Below, in pieces: positions 50,323-63,030 of a stretch of 64,000 bases of DNA. The translations under genes and the position numbers were made by a program. Numbering within the stretch: position 1 is the first letter of the stretch; each line of letters begins with the position of its first letter. The notes under the pieces were generated by a model that saw nothing but the letters and a program-made list of their open reading frames with translations, was not told where the DNA came from and searched no databases. The DNA comes from Octopus bimaculoides (lineage: Eukaryota): assembly GCF_001194135.2 (NCBI RefSeq), contig NC_068983.1, positions 7,218,351-7,282,350 on the forward strand. The letters are read 5' to 3'.

Positions 50323-51437
50323 TTATTTCACACACACAAATACATTTACACATGAGACTACATATTTTCTCAACTATTTCATCTATTACAATAACAATGA
50401 GATTTATCTATCAACAGGTTGTCAGGTTTATTTTTGGCAAGGCGGAAGGCCAGTCGTGGTTTAGATATAAATACTAAAGTTCACTGTAGATTACATAATT
50501 GTTAACAGAATATCAGATTACTTTAGCACTCAGATTACTCTGTGAAGTCTAATTTATTCACAATGTTTTGAATTAATCATGCATTATCTTGTAGCTTCAA
50601 GATCTCAATGATGCGATTGTTTATTTTTAGACTGACATTGTAGGGTAAGTGTGATATGCTGGATCTAGTCGGTTTGAATGTAAAACAAGCAAAATATTTT
50701 GGGCCAGACAGGGCAGGTTTAAATGCTAACAGGTTGAGTGTTTTACAGTATCTGAATTTATTTAATTCAGATACAACTAAAGAAGCAGCTGGTACGATAC
50801 AGCATCATAAAGGTAGGGGCCTCACAGAGGCAATGATCTAGTGACTGAGACTTTTGGCAATACGCCGTGCTTCAAAAGACTTGTCAAGCCAAGTGAAAAC
50901 ATCATAGTCATAGCTGATGCTGGTCTCAAGTAATTGGCACCTGTGCCGGTGGCACGTAAAAAACAACTTTTGAGCATTGGGCTTCACAGAGGCAACTGGC
51001 ACCCGTGCTGGTGGCATGTAAAAAGCTCCTGTCACGCGTTGGGCCTCACGAAGGCAATGTGGCCAATGCCGATCGTGTAACTGGTACACACGCCGGTGAC
51101 ATGTAAAAAACATCTTTCGAGTGTTGGGCCTCATGGAGGCAATGACAAATGACTTACATCTTTAGCAATATGCTGTACTTGAGAAGATGACCCGTCAAGC
51201 CAAGTGAAATCGTAGCTGTGGCACATACTGATATCACGCAACTGGCACCTGTGCTGGTGACACGTAAAAGCAGCCATTACACTCTTAGAGTGGTTGGTGT
51301 TAAGAAGAACATCCAGTTGTAAAAACCATGCCAAATCAGACTGCAGCCTGGTGCACCCACTCAGTTTACTAGCCCTGGTCAAACCATCCAACCCATGCCA
51401 GCATGGACAACAGACTTTAAATGATGATGATTTTCTA

Positions 51438-51835
51438 CCGTAAATCCTTGAGTATAACCCGCACTTTTTCCCCAAAATTTAAAGGTCAAAATCTCTAGTG
51501 CGTACTATATACGAGGTTAAAGATGAAAAATATTTTCTAACCAAAATTTTCTAAGTGATAAATATGTAAAGGCAATTTACTTAATATTTATTTTTCACTG
51601 ACTTTATTACTGTTATTTCTTTATTTTCTGCAAACAAAGTGCACAAAAAAGCTATGCATTATGTTATATATACAATAATAATAAAGGATGTTACCGTATA
51701 TACGTTTACAAACCAAGGACTTTATATAGACCTCCTTGACTCAAGTTAGAGAAGGAGTGCGTATTATACACAAGGTTTAGGTTTTTCACAGGTACATATT
51801 ATACTCAAGGGTGGACTATACTCGGGGATTTATGG
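51438..51835. mobile_element. Tc1/mariner-superfamily MITE (Tc2/pogo-like CCGT ends)
   Basis: TA-ccgtaaatccttgagtata ... tatactcggggatttatgg-TA. TA duplicated on both sides. Confidence 0.75.
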
Positions 51836-52142
51836 TATGCTGGCATAAGTTGGACAGGACATTTTAAGACACTATTTTATGGTCAGATGTCCTTCTTGGT
51901 GCCATTCCTTTTAGTCACCTCCATAACAAGCAAAGATAAAACAGCATAGGACAGCTGATTAAATGTTCAAGGAAAAACAGTATCACACACACACACACAC
52001 ACACTACAATACGAATATATGCACATGCTTTTTATACACCTGTAGGCTTTTAAGCATTTTGCTGTGGAGCTTTAAAATGATGTGAATACATTGCTGAAAT
52101 CCCACAGTAAAAAGTTTAAAAACTGAAATTTAACTAGTTTAA

Positions 52143-52179
<37 letters not shown>

Positions 52180-54572
52180 CACACACGCACACACACGCAC
52201 GCACACACACACACACACAAAAGGCTTCTCTTAGTTTCCATCAACTGAATTCACTACTAGGTCACCACAGGGTTTCAGCAGAATACACTTACCCATGTGC
52301 CACACAATAGAACTGAACCGGAGTCCTCCATGATTCTGAAGCAGACTTCCTAATCATACACACATACAAACACAAACAATATAATGTCATGTAAAAGGAA
52401 GTTGACCTCAAATTTAGTCTACAATCTGATGTCATTTCACTGAAGTAGCTACTTCACTTAGTCTACTTATTGGTACTTTTGATGGAAAAACAATGATCCT
52501 GGAATGGTTTAAAAGAGAGATTCTCTATCAGATGCAACATAGATAATCATATATACAAGCTACAAATCTAAATACTGTTACTGCAACAACTTGTGTTCTG
52601 CATTATAAATTGCTGCTGGTAAGCTTTTTTATGGAACCAACTCTGATCCAAAGAGCTCTCTTTCAGTCTACACTGAAATGGTTGAGCATAGACTCAAAAG
52701 GTTTCTGATTTGTGCTTTGTATGCTTTTCCTCTTAGTCCCACATGATTGTGATTTTGTATAATACGCCAAGTCTCAGTGCAGTTTTGTTACATACACATA
52801 TTCTGTTAAATATATTCTGCAGATGTGCTACATCATTTCAACCAGACCTGGTAGTGTTTCAACTGAAAAAGTTATGGACAAAACTAAATACTGATGAAAC
52901 TCAACACACCAGAATTGCCTGCCACTAACACTTTCTCTAAACTCATGGATTGTTTTCTTTCTTATATTTGATAAGGGGAGTCTTTCCCAAAATATTAGAA
53001 ATGTATCAAACAATCTAAGGTAATATTTACTGACAGCACTTTACATATCTTACTTAATTTTCCACTTGCATTATTCAAAGGTTGTTTTCTTTTTTTTAAA
53101 CATATTCACACGTTGCAATTACTCTTATACATTGTTAAAAATTTATTCCGATATTGTATTCTACTGTCTCTTTAGCACAGAGAACCGAGGATAATTACGC
53201 AACCCATCATGGCATTTAGCATTGGATCTAAATCACAAATGCCCTTTCACCTAGTTAGAAGCCAATAATAATGCTGACAATTTGTTGATGGATAAATTTA
53301 ACTGTCATTGTAATAGTTGATAAAATATCTTCTCTTATGTGCATATGCTAACATAAATATATTTGTGTATGTATGCATACAAGTATGTAAATGTATGTAT
53401 ATTCATGCATTCACATACACATCTTGCTTTGAGTCTCCTGATGGAGTCAAAGGGGGCACTTTCATGACATACAGTGTCTTAGACAATTTTTAGACATGAC
53501 GGAACTGTTCTCTTCTTCATGTTAAACCTTAACCAATTTCTTCTAAAATGAGAGAGAGAGAGAGAGAGACAGACAGAGAATTAATCCTAGTACAAGACTG
53601 GTTCTTTATCAAACTCGAATGGATGAAAAGCAAAGTGGACCTTAGAGGATTTAAACCCAAAGCACCGATAGCCAGAACAAACACCACAAAGTAATTTATC
53701 TTATGCTCTAACAACATGGCCAATTTGCCGTATATATCATCATCAACAGTTAACGTCCATAGTCCACACTGGTATGAATTGGGCAGTTTGACCAGAGCTG
53801 ACAAACTGAGGGGCTGCACCAGACTCCAGTCTGATTTGGCATGGTTTCTACAGCTGGATACCTTTCCAAAGCCAACCACTCTGGGAATGTAATGGGTACT
53901 TTTTATGTGCCACTGGCACAGGTGCCAGTTACAGGACACCAGTATCTGCCATGACTACAATTTCACTTAGCTTGATAGACACATATACAAACTATATATA
54001 TATATATATATATAAACATACACATATACAAAGTACATTTGGTAACAGAGTTGAAACATCACATTTTGGCAGAATCCTTGGTTAATAATAACCATATGCA
54101 TTGTAATTAATACTAGATTTGTTAATTCAATTATTCCATTGAGAGAATCAAAGTCTGTGACCTCTTAACAGATTTTACTGTGTGTACCTCATTGTTATAA
54201 ATATCGCTTATTGTGTTTCGACTCTTTCATGTCTGTGTGTCTGACTACCAACTGGATATATCTATGTTGGCATATATGCGACACTAGTGTGTGGGTGGTG
54301 TATATATGTGTATATGAAATCATGTGTAAGCCTACGAACTGGCAATGTATGTGTTTATGTGATAGTGACATGTAGTGACATGCATGTCTGCATACACCTA
54401 TGTGTGTGTGACTGCCAGCTACAAGTACTTATATATGCACTTATGTAGTAGTAGTAATAGTGTATGTGTTTTCTGTCTGTAAATCCTGTATCATTTTCAC
54501 ACAGGCCACCAAAAGTAAATTGTGACTTTAAGCTGATCATTCTTATTCTACATCATCATCGTCATCATATAC

Positions 54573-54954
54573 GTAGGAGAGGCTGTGTGGTAAGTAGCTT
54601 GCTTACTAACCACATGGTTCCGGGTTCAGTCCCACTGTGTGGCATCTTGGGCAAGTGTCTTCCACTATAACCTAGGGTCGACCAAAGCCTTGTGAGTGAA
54701 TTTGGTAGACGGAAACTGAAAGAAGCCCATCGTATATATGTATATGTATATTATATATGTGTGTTTGTCCCTCCAACATCGCTTGACAACCGATGCTGGT
54801 GTGTTTATGTCCCTGTAACTTAGCGGTTCGGCAAAAAGAGCCCGATAGAATAAGTACTAGGCTTACAAAGAATAAGTCCTGGGGTTGATTTGCTCGAGTA
54901 AAGGCGGTGCTCCAGCATGGCCACAGTCAAATGACTGAAACAAGTAAAAGAGTA
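54573..54954 (+). mobile_element. Family-C SINE, complete copy
   Basis: taggagaggctgtgtggtaag...gggttcagtcccactg...ttgggcaagtgtcttc (CORE-like)...ccagcatggccacagtcaaatgactgaaac. Confidence 0.85.
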
Positions 54955-56177
54955 ATGTTATGACATCTATTTTTTTGTACAAGTACTTGAACCCTATTTA
55001 AAGATTACGTAAAGGAAAAAGTCTCACAATTGATAAGGATCTTTATTATCTGTAGATTAAAAGATAAAATATACTAACAATGAACCATGAAATACCTTTA
55101 TCTATATAGATATGAATAATCTCACATATAATTTATGACCTTCATCAATTTTTGTTTTAGACTGTTTCTAAAGAATTGCAGGCATGAGGGTGGTTGTCAG
55201 GTAAGAAGCTTGCTTCTCAAACCATGTGGTTTGGAGTTTAGTCCCACTGCATGACACACTGGGAAAGTATCTTTTATTATAGTTCCAGGTTGATCAAAGC
55301 CTTGTGAGTGGATTTGGTAGATTGAAACTGTACAGAATCCTGGTGCACATGCATGTGCGTGCACGGTACTACATAATAAGCACCCAGTACACTGTGTAAA
55401 GTGGTTGGCATTAAGAAGGGCATCTAGCTGTAGAGACCACTTCAAAGAAAACAGTAGGCATAGGAGTGGCTGTGTGGTAAGAGCTTGCTTACCAACCGCA
55501 TAGCTCTGGGTTCAGTCCCACTGCGTGGCACCTTGGGCAAGTATCTTCTACTATAGCCTCCGGCTGACCAAAGCCTTGTGAGTGGATCTGGTAGACAGAA
55601 ACTGAAAGAAGCCTGNNNNNNNNNNACCAATAGAATAAGTACTAGGCTTACAAAGAATAAGTCCTGGGGTCGATTTGCTCGACTAAAGGTGGTGCTCCAG
55701 CATGGCCACAGTCAAATGACTGAAACAAATAAAAGAAAAAAACGAGTAGAGCTTGGCACAGTCTCTTGGCTCACCAGCTCCTGTCAAACCATCCAAACCA
55801 TGCCAGCACGGAAGACAGACATGAAGATAATGGTGATGTGCCTGAGTGAGATGGTCTTTGCACTGAGACATTGTGTGATGGTTGTAAGCAAGTGTCACCA
55901 TCATGCAAATAGTGTCCTTATTTCCAATTGCCACTGAAAACACTGACCTCAGGACCCATTCTTCTTAAGTCTGGTAAGCATGATCTCAGATTCTTTTACC
56001 AAACTGCTAAACTTACAGAGACATAAAACAAGCCAACACCAGCTATCAAGCACTTTGGGAACAAACACAAAGACTCGTCCAACCCATACCAGTATGGTAA
56101 AAGAAAACATAAAACAATGATGATGATAGTAACGGTGGTGGTGTGGTGTTGGATATGTACTATATGCTTCTTTCTGA

Positions 56178-56612
56178 GTGGAGGCGCAATGGCCCAGTGG
56201 TTAGGGCAGCGGACTCGCGGTCATAGGATCGTGGTTTCGATTCCCAGACCGGGCGTTGTGAGTGTTTATTGAGCGAAAACACCTAAAGCTCCACGAGGCT
56301 CCAGCAGGGGATGGTGGCGAACGCTGCTGTACTCTTTCATCACAACTTTNNNNNNNNNNAGTGTTTATTGAGCGAAAACACCTAAAGCTCCACGAGGCTC
56401 CAGCAGGGGATGGTGGCGAACGCTGCTGTACTCTTTCATCACAACTTTCTCTCACTCTTACTTCCTGTTTCTGTTGTGCCTGTAATTCAAAGAGCCTGCC
56501 TTGTCACACTGTGGAGCGCTCAGCCACTTGCATGTTAATTACACGAGCAGGCTGTTCCGTAGATCGGATCAGCTGGAACCCTCGACGTCGTAAGCGACGG
56601 AGTGCCAACAAC
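56178..56612 (+). mobile_element. tRNA-derived SINE (family A), with assembly duplication around a 10-N gap
   Basis: A-box tggcccagtgg and B-box ggtttcgattcc. Homologous to 30500-30890. Confidence 0.85.
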
Positions 56613-57633
56613 AGCTTCTTTCTGAACCAGTGTATCATCTAAGACAGAAGTCAGAAATGGTAAACAGAAACTGCACAGAGATCACTGAATCATTATCATA
56701 TTTAGAAGTTGATAAAATTAGTCAATTCCGTGACCTTGACCCCTGCATACTGACTAGTATTACAAGATAGGCAATCAATACTTTCTAATCAAGCAGACTT
56801 ATGATTAAAGGCACTATCTGTAACCATCTTGTCCTTTTAGGGGATATATAGGGCCATATTATCTAAGCTAGCCTCGCTGTTTGTAGCAGGCCAAGCAAGT
56901 GGAATGAATGGGATCCTATGCAGTTGTTTGATCAGCTGGAAATAGAAGTCAAATTTCTCTCTGCCATCTTAAAAAAGGAAGGGCATTGGACAAAATAGTC
57001 CTTGATATAGAAAACAGATCTTGGTTGATCATTCCTCTGTTTTGTGCAGATAAGCCTACACAAATAACAAAATCAAAACAGTTTCAGTAACTATTTAGGT
57101 GTGGTTTTATTAAAATGACTAAATATTTTAGTAATTTCTTTGAGGGGGTGTATGGGTGTCACTTGACTATTTTGAATATATTTCAGTCCTGTTTCTTTTT
57201 TTTCTTTTTTTTTTCGGTGGGGGTGGGGTGTTATTATAGGTCAGTCAGAATCTTGGCAGTGGTCCTTCACTAGTTTTGGAAGAGGTGGCCCCTCACCATT
57301 CTTGGAAGCGGTGGCCCTTATTAGCCTTGGAGCTGGTCCTGCAAACAAAAATCATGGGTGCCGCCCATGGTTTTTTAATTTTTTTTTTTTATCTGCAGGG
57401 CCACCTCAAAGACAAGAGGGAAAAGATAGGGAGCAATCACAGCACATGAATTACAACAGTTAAAAAGCCCCCACACCAAAATATCAAGTTACTCTCAAAC
57501 CTAAGACCTGATCTGCATTGCTAACAACATACACACTATTGAAGGTACCCCAAGGTACATGTGAGAGTGATAAACCAAATGATGAATTAACTGTTGTTGC
57601 TTACAAGGACCCAACTAGGTGTCACATCATATA

Positions 57634-57831
57634 CGGTGGGGTACTGCAAAGTTCCTGACTTTGGGTAAAAGAATATACAGGAGGATCAGTTAGTTATGAT
57701 TTTTATTCAAAATATTCCCCTCTCAGATTCATATACTTATTGCAGTGGTCCTTCAGTTTTTCTAAAGGTTGGGCCTCCAACCAGGCCTTTCGCAATACCC
57801 TTAAAGCCAGGAACTTTTCAGCACCCCCTCA
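57634..57831. mobile_element. Mariner-type MITE
   Basis: TA-cggtggggtactgcaaagttcctgacttt ... aaagccaggaacttttcagcaccccctca-TA, about 29-bp imperfect TIRs. Confidence 0.75.
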
Positions 57832-58131
57832 TATGAAAGTGTTTGTGATTTCCCCTGTCCATTACACAGCAACTGAAGTCATCTCCACTTTCTGAAACTT
57901 GTTAACTATACATATCAACGACGTCCATTTTTCCAAGCTTGTATGGGTTAGACGAAATTTGTTGAGGCTGATTTTCTCCAGCCAAGCACTCTTCTTGCCA
58001 CCAAGCAAGGTAATATTTCCTCACAAAAGACTGGAACTGAAGAACTTCATTTGTATGACGGCGATGCTTATTTACAATTATCACAAGATTTCAAGACAAA
58101 GGTACACAGAAACACATACACACATTTATAA

Positions 58132-58169
<38 letters not shown>

Positions 58170-58172
<3 letters not shown>

Positions 58173-58300
58173 AGAATTCACAAAAAAAAAAACAACAGAC
58201 AAAGACAGGTGGTGTAGAAAACAAATAGATGTATTAGTATAACGCTCGGGAATTGAAAAAATCTTTAACATTTCAAGCCTATACTCTTCCACAGAATGGA
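58170..58300 (-). mobile_element. (TA)n-anchored repeat with non-canonical hammerhead-like motif (family E)
   Basis: Homologous copies at 11145-11310 and 21449-21553, all abutting (TA)n. Minus-strand composite GAGC-RTAG-GCTC-GAAACGT-Y-AAAGA. Confidence 0.6.
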
Positions 58301-59269
58301 AACACAGAAAGAAACAAAGAGAGAAAAAAATGTGTGTAGTGATCAGCGATCTATCATGGCGATATACAACATTGTTTAATGTCCACCTTCCATGCTGGAA
58401 AGGGCTTGATGGTTTGATAAGAGCCTGTACCAGACTTCTGTGTTTGTTTTGGCAGGGGTTTTAAGGCTGGATGCCCTTCCTAACATGACACACTTTTTCA
58501 GTTTCTGCCAACCAAATCCACTTAAAAGATCAGAAGATTTTGGTTGACCCAAAGCTATGGTAGAAAAACATCCAAATGCTACACAGTGGAACTGAACCGA
58601 AGACCACATGGTTGGGAAACAAACTTCTTAACCACACAGCCATACCTACACATTATACATACTTATATATCATTTAACCATGCATAAACAGTATCATGTT
58701 TGACATGCTGGAAATAACAGCCAAATCCTCAACTCACATAACTATCACAGTAAAATAGAACACACCAATATGTAACATCCCTCGACCAAAAGAAAAGTGG
58801 GTGAAAAGCCCATGGCTCAATAAAGACTGATTTAGAGTTAAACAACAACTAATGTGGCCAATTTATCCTATTCTTAAGCCTTGGGAGGGAACAACAGCAG
58901 CAACAACAACAAATGGTTTTCTCAAACTGAAACTAACAACTAAAGAAACAAAAAGAAGGAAACAAGCAATGTTCTTTGATAAAATAACGACCCATCAATC
59001 AAGATGAAATTTCAACTGACAAAAAGACAACTATTATTAGAATCAATCAATAACGATGTTGATTATAATAATAATAAAGTCATATTTGCCATTTATTGAA
59101 AAACAATGATTTGTTATGAATTTGTTCCGTTAAGTAACGGTGCTTTTGTTGTGATGAATCTCTATCGTTCATCAATGAAGGTTCAGTTTTTTTTTTTAAT
59201 CAACTGAATTACCTGTTCTTGAATTAATTGACCATTTTACAGATATATGTGCTGATGTCACTTGTGGGG

Positions 59270-59640
59270 CAGCCGTGCCGGTGCCACGCGGGGGGCAGCT
59301 GTGCTGGTGCCACTTGGGGGAAACCCATGCCGGTGCCACGTGGGGGGCACCCGTGCCGGTGCCACGTGGGGAGGCACCCGTGCCGGTGCCACGTGGGGAG
59401 GCACCCGTGCCGGTTCCACATAGAAAGCACCCGTGCTGGTGTCACATACTAAGCACCCATGCCAGTGCCTTGTACGAAGACCCGTGCCAGCACCACGTAC
59501 AATGCACCTGTTTTGGCATCACATACAAAGCACCCACGTCAGTGCCACATAGGAAGTACCTGTGCTGGTACCACGTGCAAAGTACCTGAGCTGGTTCCAG
59601 GTAAAAAGCACCCAGCATACTTGGTTGGTGTTAGGGAGGG
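59270..59640 (+). repeat. GC-rich 25-27-nt tandem array (about 13 units) heading a family-D repeat
   Basis: Units such as gtgccggtgccacgtggggaggcaccc decay 3'-ward into the family-D body. Confidence 0.85.
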
Positions 59641-59816
59641 CATTCAGCCATAGAAATCTTGCCATTTAAGAGAAATGACCCCAAAACCTTGAGGTTGCAA
59701 AGAGCCCTTCTTAACCATTCAGCCGTACTGCACCTGCTGTTGTATGACAGAGATAAAATTCAATAACAGAGAGAAGAACAATGGTGTCATGTTCCATAAA
59801 TGATGTTGGTCTAGGG

Positions 59817-60588
59817 CAGTGTTTATCAACCTTTTTACCCTTAAAGTAAATTACATGTCTCAAGGAACCCCTGCACAAAAGAAATTATATACCATCTCGT
59901 TCTCATATTTTTTTTATCGTAGTTTATGTGGTAAATATCATATATATATATATATAGAAATATATATATATGTATATATATATATATAGAGTTATGATAA
60001 TAATATCAGGGAAAGAATTCCAAATTTACAAGGAAAAATTCAATTTAATTTATCAAAATTAAATTAAATTTCACAATATATAAATATATAATTTAGAGNN
60101 NNNNNNNNNNNNNNNNNNNNNNNNNNNNNNNNNNNNNNNNNNNNNNNNNNNNNNNNNNNNNNNNNNNNNNNNNNNNNNNNNNNNNNNNNNNNNNNNNNNN
60201 NNNNNNNNNNNNNNNNNNNNNNNNNNNNNNNNNNNNNNNNNNNNNNNNNNNNNNNNNNNNNNNNNNNNNNNNNNNNNNNNNNNNNNNNNNNNNNNNNNNN
60301 NNNNNNNNNNNNNNNNNNNNNNNNNNNNNNNNNNNNNNNNNNNNNNNNNNNNNNNNNNNNNNNNNNNNNNNNNNNNNNNNNNNNNNNNNNNNNNNNNNNN
60401 NNNNNNNNNNNNNNNNNNNNNNNNNNNNNNNNNNNNNNNNNNNNNNNNNNNNNNNNNNNNNNNNNNNNNNNNNNNNTATGCATATATATAAAAATTAGCA
60501 TTAGCTTATCTCACTCTTTCTCACAGTACCCCTAGGAACCTTTTTGCAGAACCCTGGGGTTCTGGGGAACCCCAGTTAAGAAACACTG
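59817..60588. mobile_element. hAT (Charlie-like) non-autonomous element spanning a gap
   Basis: TIRs cagtgtttatcaac / gttaagaaacactg. TSD gtctaggg / gtctaggt (7/8). Confidence 0.75.
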
Positions 60589-61439
60589 GTCTAGGTGATA
60601 ACAGTGTTACTGTGTGAAGGCTAACCTGGAATGAAACACCAAAGAGATACTTAATTTTGAGAGAAGGAGAGAGGGAGAGAAGGAGAGAGGGAGAGAAGGA
60701 GAGAGGGAGAGAAGGAGAGAGGGAGAGAATGGGAGTGTGTGAGACCGTCACAGATGAAAGTGGGAGTATGTATGTCACATGTTGATTTTTAATAATGTGT
60801 GTCACAGATAGAAAGTGGGTCTCAAAAATGCTAGAAAATCACATTCCAGCCATGAGCATGCATGTGTGTGTGTACAGCACATATATTAAATGTATTCCTC
60901 CAACCATAAGTGGTAAAATCCTGGAATGGATGTAAGGATCAGCAAGATAGGTGCAAAACTGAATGGGTTCAACCCTTCTGTTTTCATAAACCTGTTGAAG
61001 CACTGCCTTTGTTTCAATAAATTTTGAAAATAAAAGAATTTATCAAAATAACTTTATTAACATTTATGCTGGTGTGTGGAATACAATTTAACATGAAATT
61101 TTGAGGGAATGTTTAAAAATTAAAAGCCACTTTAAAACAGGGAATTTGTAACACAGAACTGAGGGTAGTCTCGGACAGGTTAGTAACCAAAGAGTTAAAA
61201 AATAGAACAACGTCATTATATAAGAAAATGGTCAAAAGGTGCTGGTATTCCCTGTCACATTCACTGTGTGGAGAGACCAACTGGTAACAACCTTGCTAGA
61301 CAGGAACCGATGACTAAGTAAAACGATGATGATGATGATTCCGTGCACAGGCACAAGGCCTCCTACACACAACCTCAAATTACCTCAACACACCCAAAAC
61401 AAGTGCTTTCTTTCAGTTCTTATCACCAGCCTTACAGCG

Positions 61440-61790
61440 ACATAACTGACGTAAACTTATTCATTGTCAGCATTTTGTCATACTCGCCCGGCTTTCAATA
61501 AAAGTTCACTGGAGGAAAGCACCTTCCTCTTCATGTGCTACTTGAAGAAGTTGACAAGGGCTTAGCATCGGAGCCAAAAGGCTTTGTTTTCGAACCCTTC
61601 AACCACATTCCACAACTTCCTTTGCCACGGCTAACAGTCCGAGGAAGCCTGCCTGATTTTGCTTGCCAAACAAAGGTAACAGCTGGCACAAGACAACCAG
61701 CTTCAACCCACAAATCAGTGTTGCACAGGTGCTGAATGAGCCCATTGGTTTGGGGTCATTACTGCTGGTGGTTTTAATATGGCTATGCCA
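61440..61790 (-). mobile_element. Degenerate LINE ORF2 C-terminal remnant (possibly Tx1/L1-like)
   Basis: Frameshifted segments LAVAKEVV and ALVNFFK*HMKRK resemble C-termini of octopus LINE ORF2 as recalled. Not verified. Confidence 0.35.
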
Positions 61791-62396
61791 GTAGAGTGTA
61801 TCTTAAATAGGCAAAGATACACTCTACAAAATTGCCACCACCACCCCCAGCAACATTCTCAGGTCACTCAAAGTGGATTAACCCTTTCGTATTCACATTA
61901 TTCTATTGAATATGATGCTTATTTATTCACATTGTCTTGAATTCATTATGTTGTCTTGTAGCTTCGATATTCCAATGATGTGATTGTTTATTTTTAAAAT
62001 GACATTATCGGAGAAGTGTGAGAGGCTGGATCTGGTCAGTTTAAGCATAGAACTGGTCAAATATTTAGGCCTGATATGGTTGGTTTAAATACTCAAGAGT
62101 TAATGTATATATGGTATGTGTGCATGTATATGTATGTGTCTATGTATATATGTGCATGTGTATATATATTTTTTAGTCCTATTTCTTTCAGTCGTTAGAC
62201 TGCAGCCATGCTGGAGCACCAACTTCAAGAATTTAAGTTGAATGAATCAACCCTAGGATTCCTTTTTGTAAAGCCTGGCACTTATTCTATTGGTTTCTTT
62301 TACTGAACTGCTACGTTACACACAAGTAAACACATCAACACCAGTTGTTAAGAAGTAGTGGGGAACAAACAGAGACATAAGGGCACACAAATATAC

Positions 62397-62430
<34 letters not shown>

Positions 62431-62756
62431 CGACAGGCTTCTTTCAGTTTCTGTCTACCAAATGCACACTTACCCAAGGTGCCATGCAGTGGGACTGAAC
62501 CCAGAGCTATGTGATTGTGCAGCAAACTTCTTGCCACTCAACCATACCTGTATAAAGGTAAATTTGTAGCAATTAAACTAGGATTTTAAGTCTTTTGCTG
62601 TAAAACTTTAAACAGATCATCATCATCATCATTTAACGTCTGTTTTCCATGTTGGATGGGTTGGACAGCATGATACGAACTGGCAAGGCCAGAGGCTGTC
62701 TCAAAACATTTTCAAACCACCATAGTAAAAGGCTTAAAGTAGTTTAAATTTATCTT

Positions 62757-63030
62757 CAGCTGTGTTTTGCTCATGGCAGGGTCCTTGTAAGCTGTTCGAA
62801 GCATGCCAACTGCTTTGGCCACTATTTTCCCCAACAGAAAACAGAATTTCACGGAATCATGCTGTTCCTTTGTTTTGATCATCTTAAAAATCGACGAACA
62901 GTGGAGAAGCACTGCAAAACAAAGACGCACCACATGGTAGTACGACTTCACTGGACAACGCTGGTCGGCATATTGATGTCAAGTAGTTTCGAGCAGAAAA
63001 CGTTCCTGGTTACTTTTGGGTAGCCCCTTG
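62757..63030 (-). mobile_element. Mariner transposon 5' fragment (TIR plus truncated transposase N-terminus)
   Basis: Minus strand TA-caaggggctacccaaaagt TIR, then MIKTKEQHDSVKFCFLLGKIVAKAVGMLRTAYKDPAMSKTQ, resembling the mariner N-terminal HTH (EQR..IKFCF.LGK...E...ML..AY.D.AMS.TQ). Confidence 0.8.

Noticed and set aside
52441-52456. 16-bp perfect palindrome tgaagtagctacttca
   Set aside because: Isolated and short, with no supporting context.
56201-56455. Direct duplication of about 90 nt inside a SINE
   Set aside because: Identical copies on either side of a 10-N gap; typical contig-overlap artefact.
59224-59589. ORFs with WHRHGC / PVPRG repeats; CRISPR-like appearance of the array
   Set aside because: Translation of a repeat-associated tandem array. 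No unique spacers or cas genes, and the context is eukaryotic.
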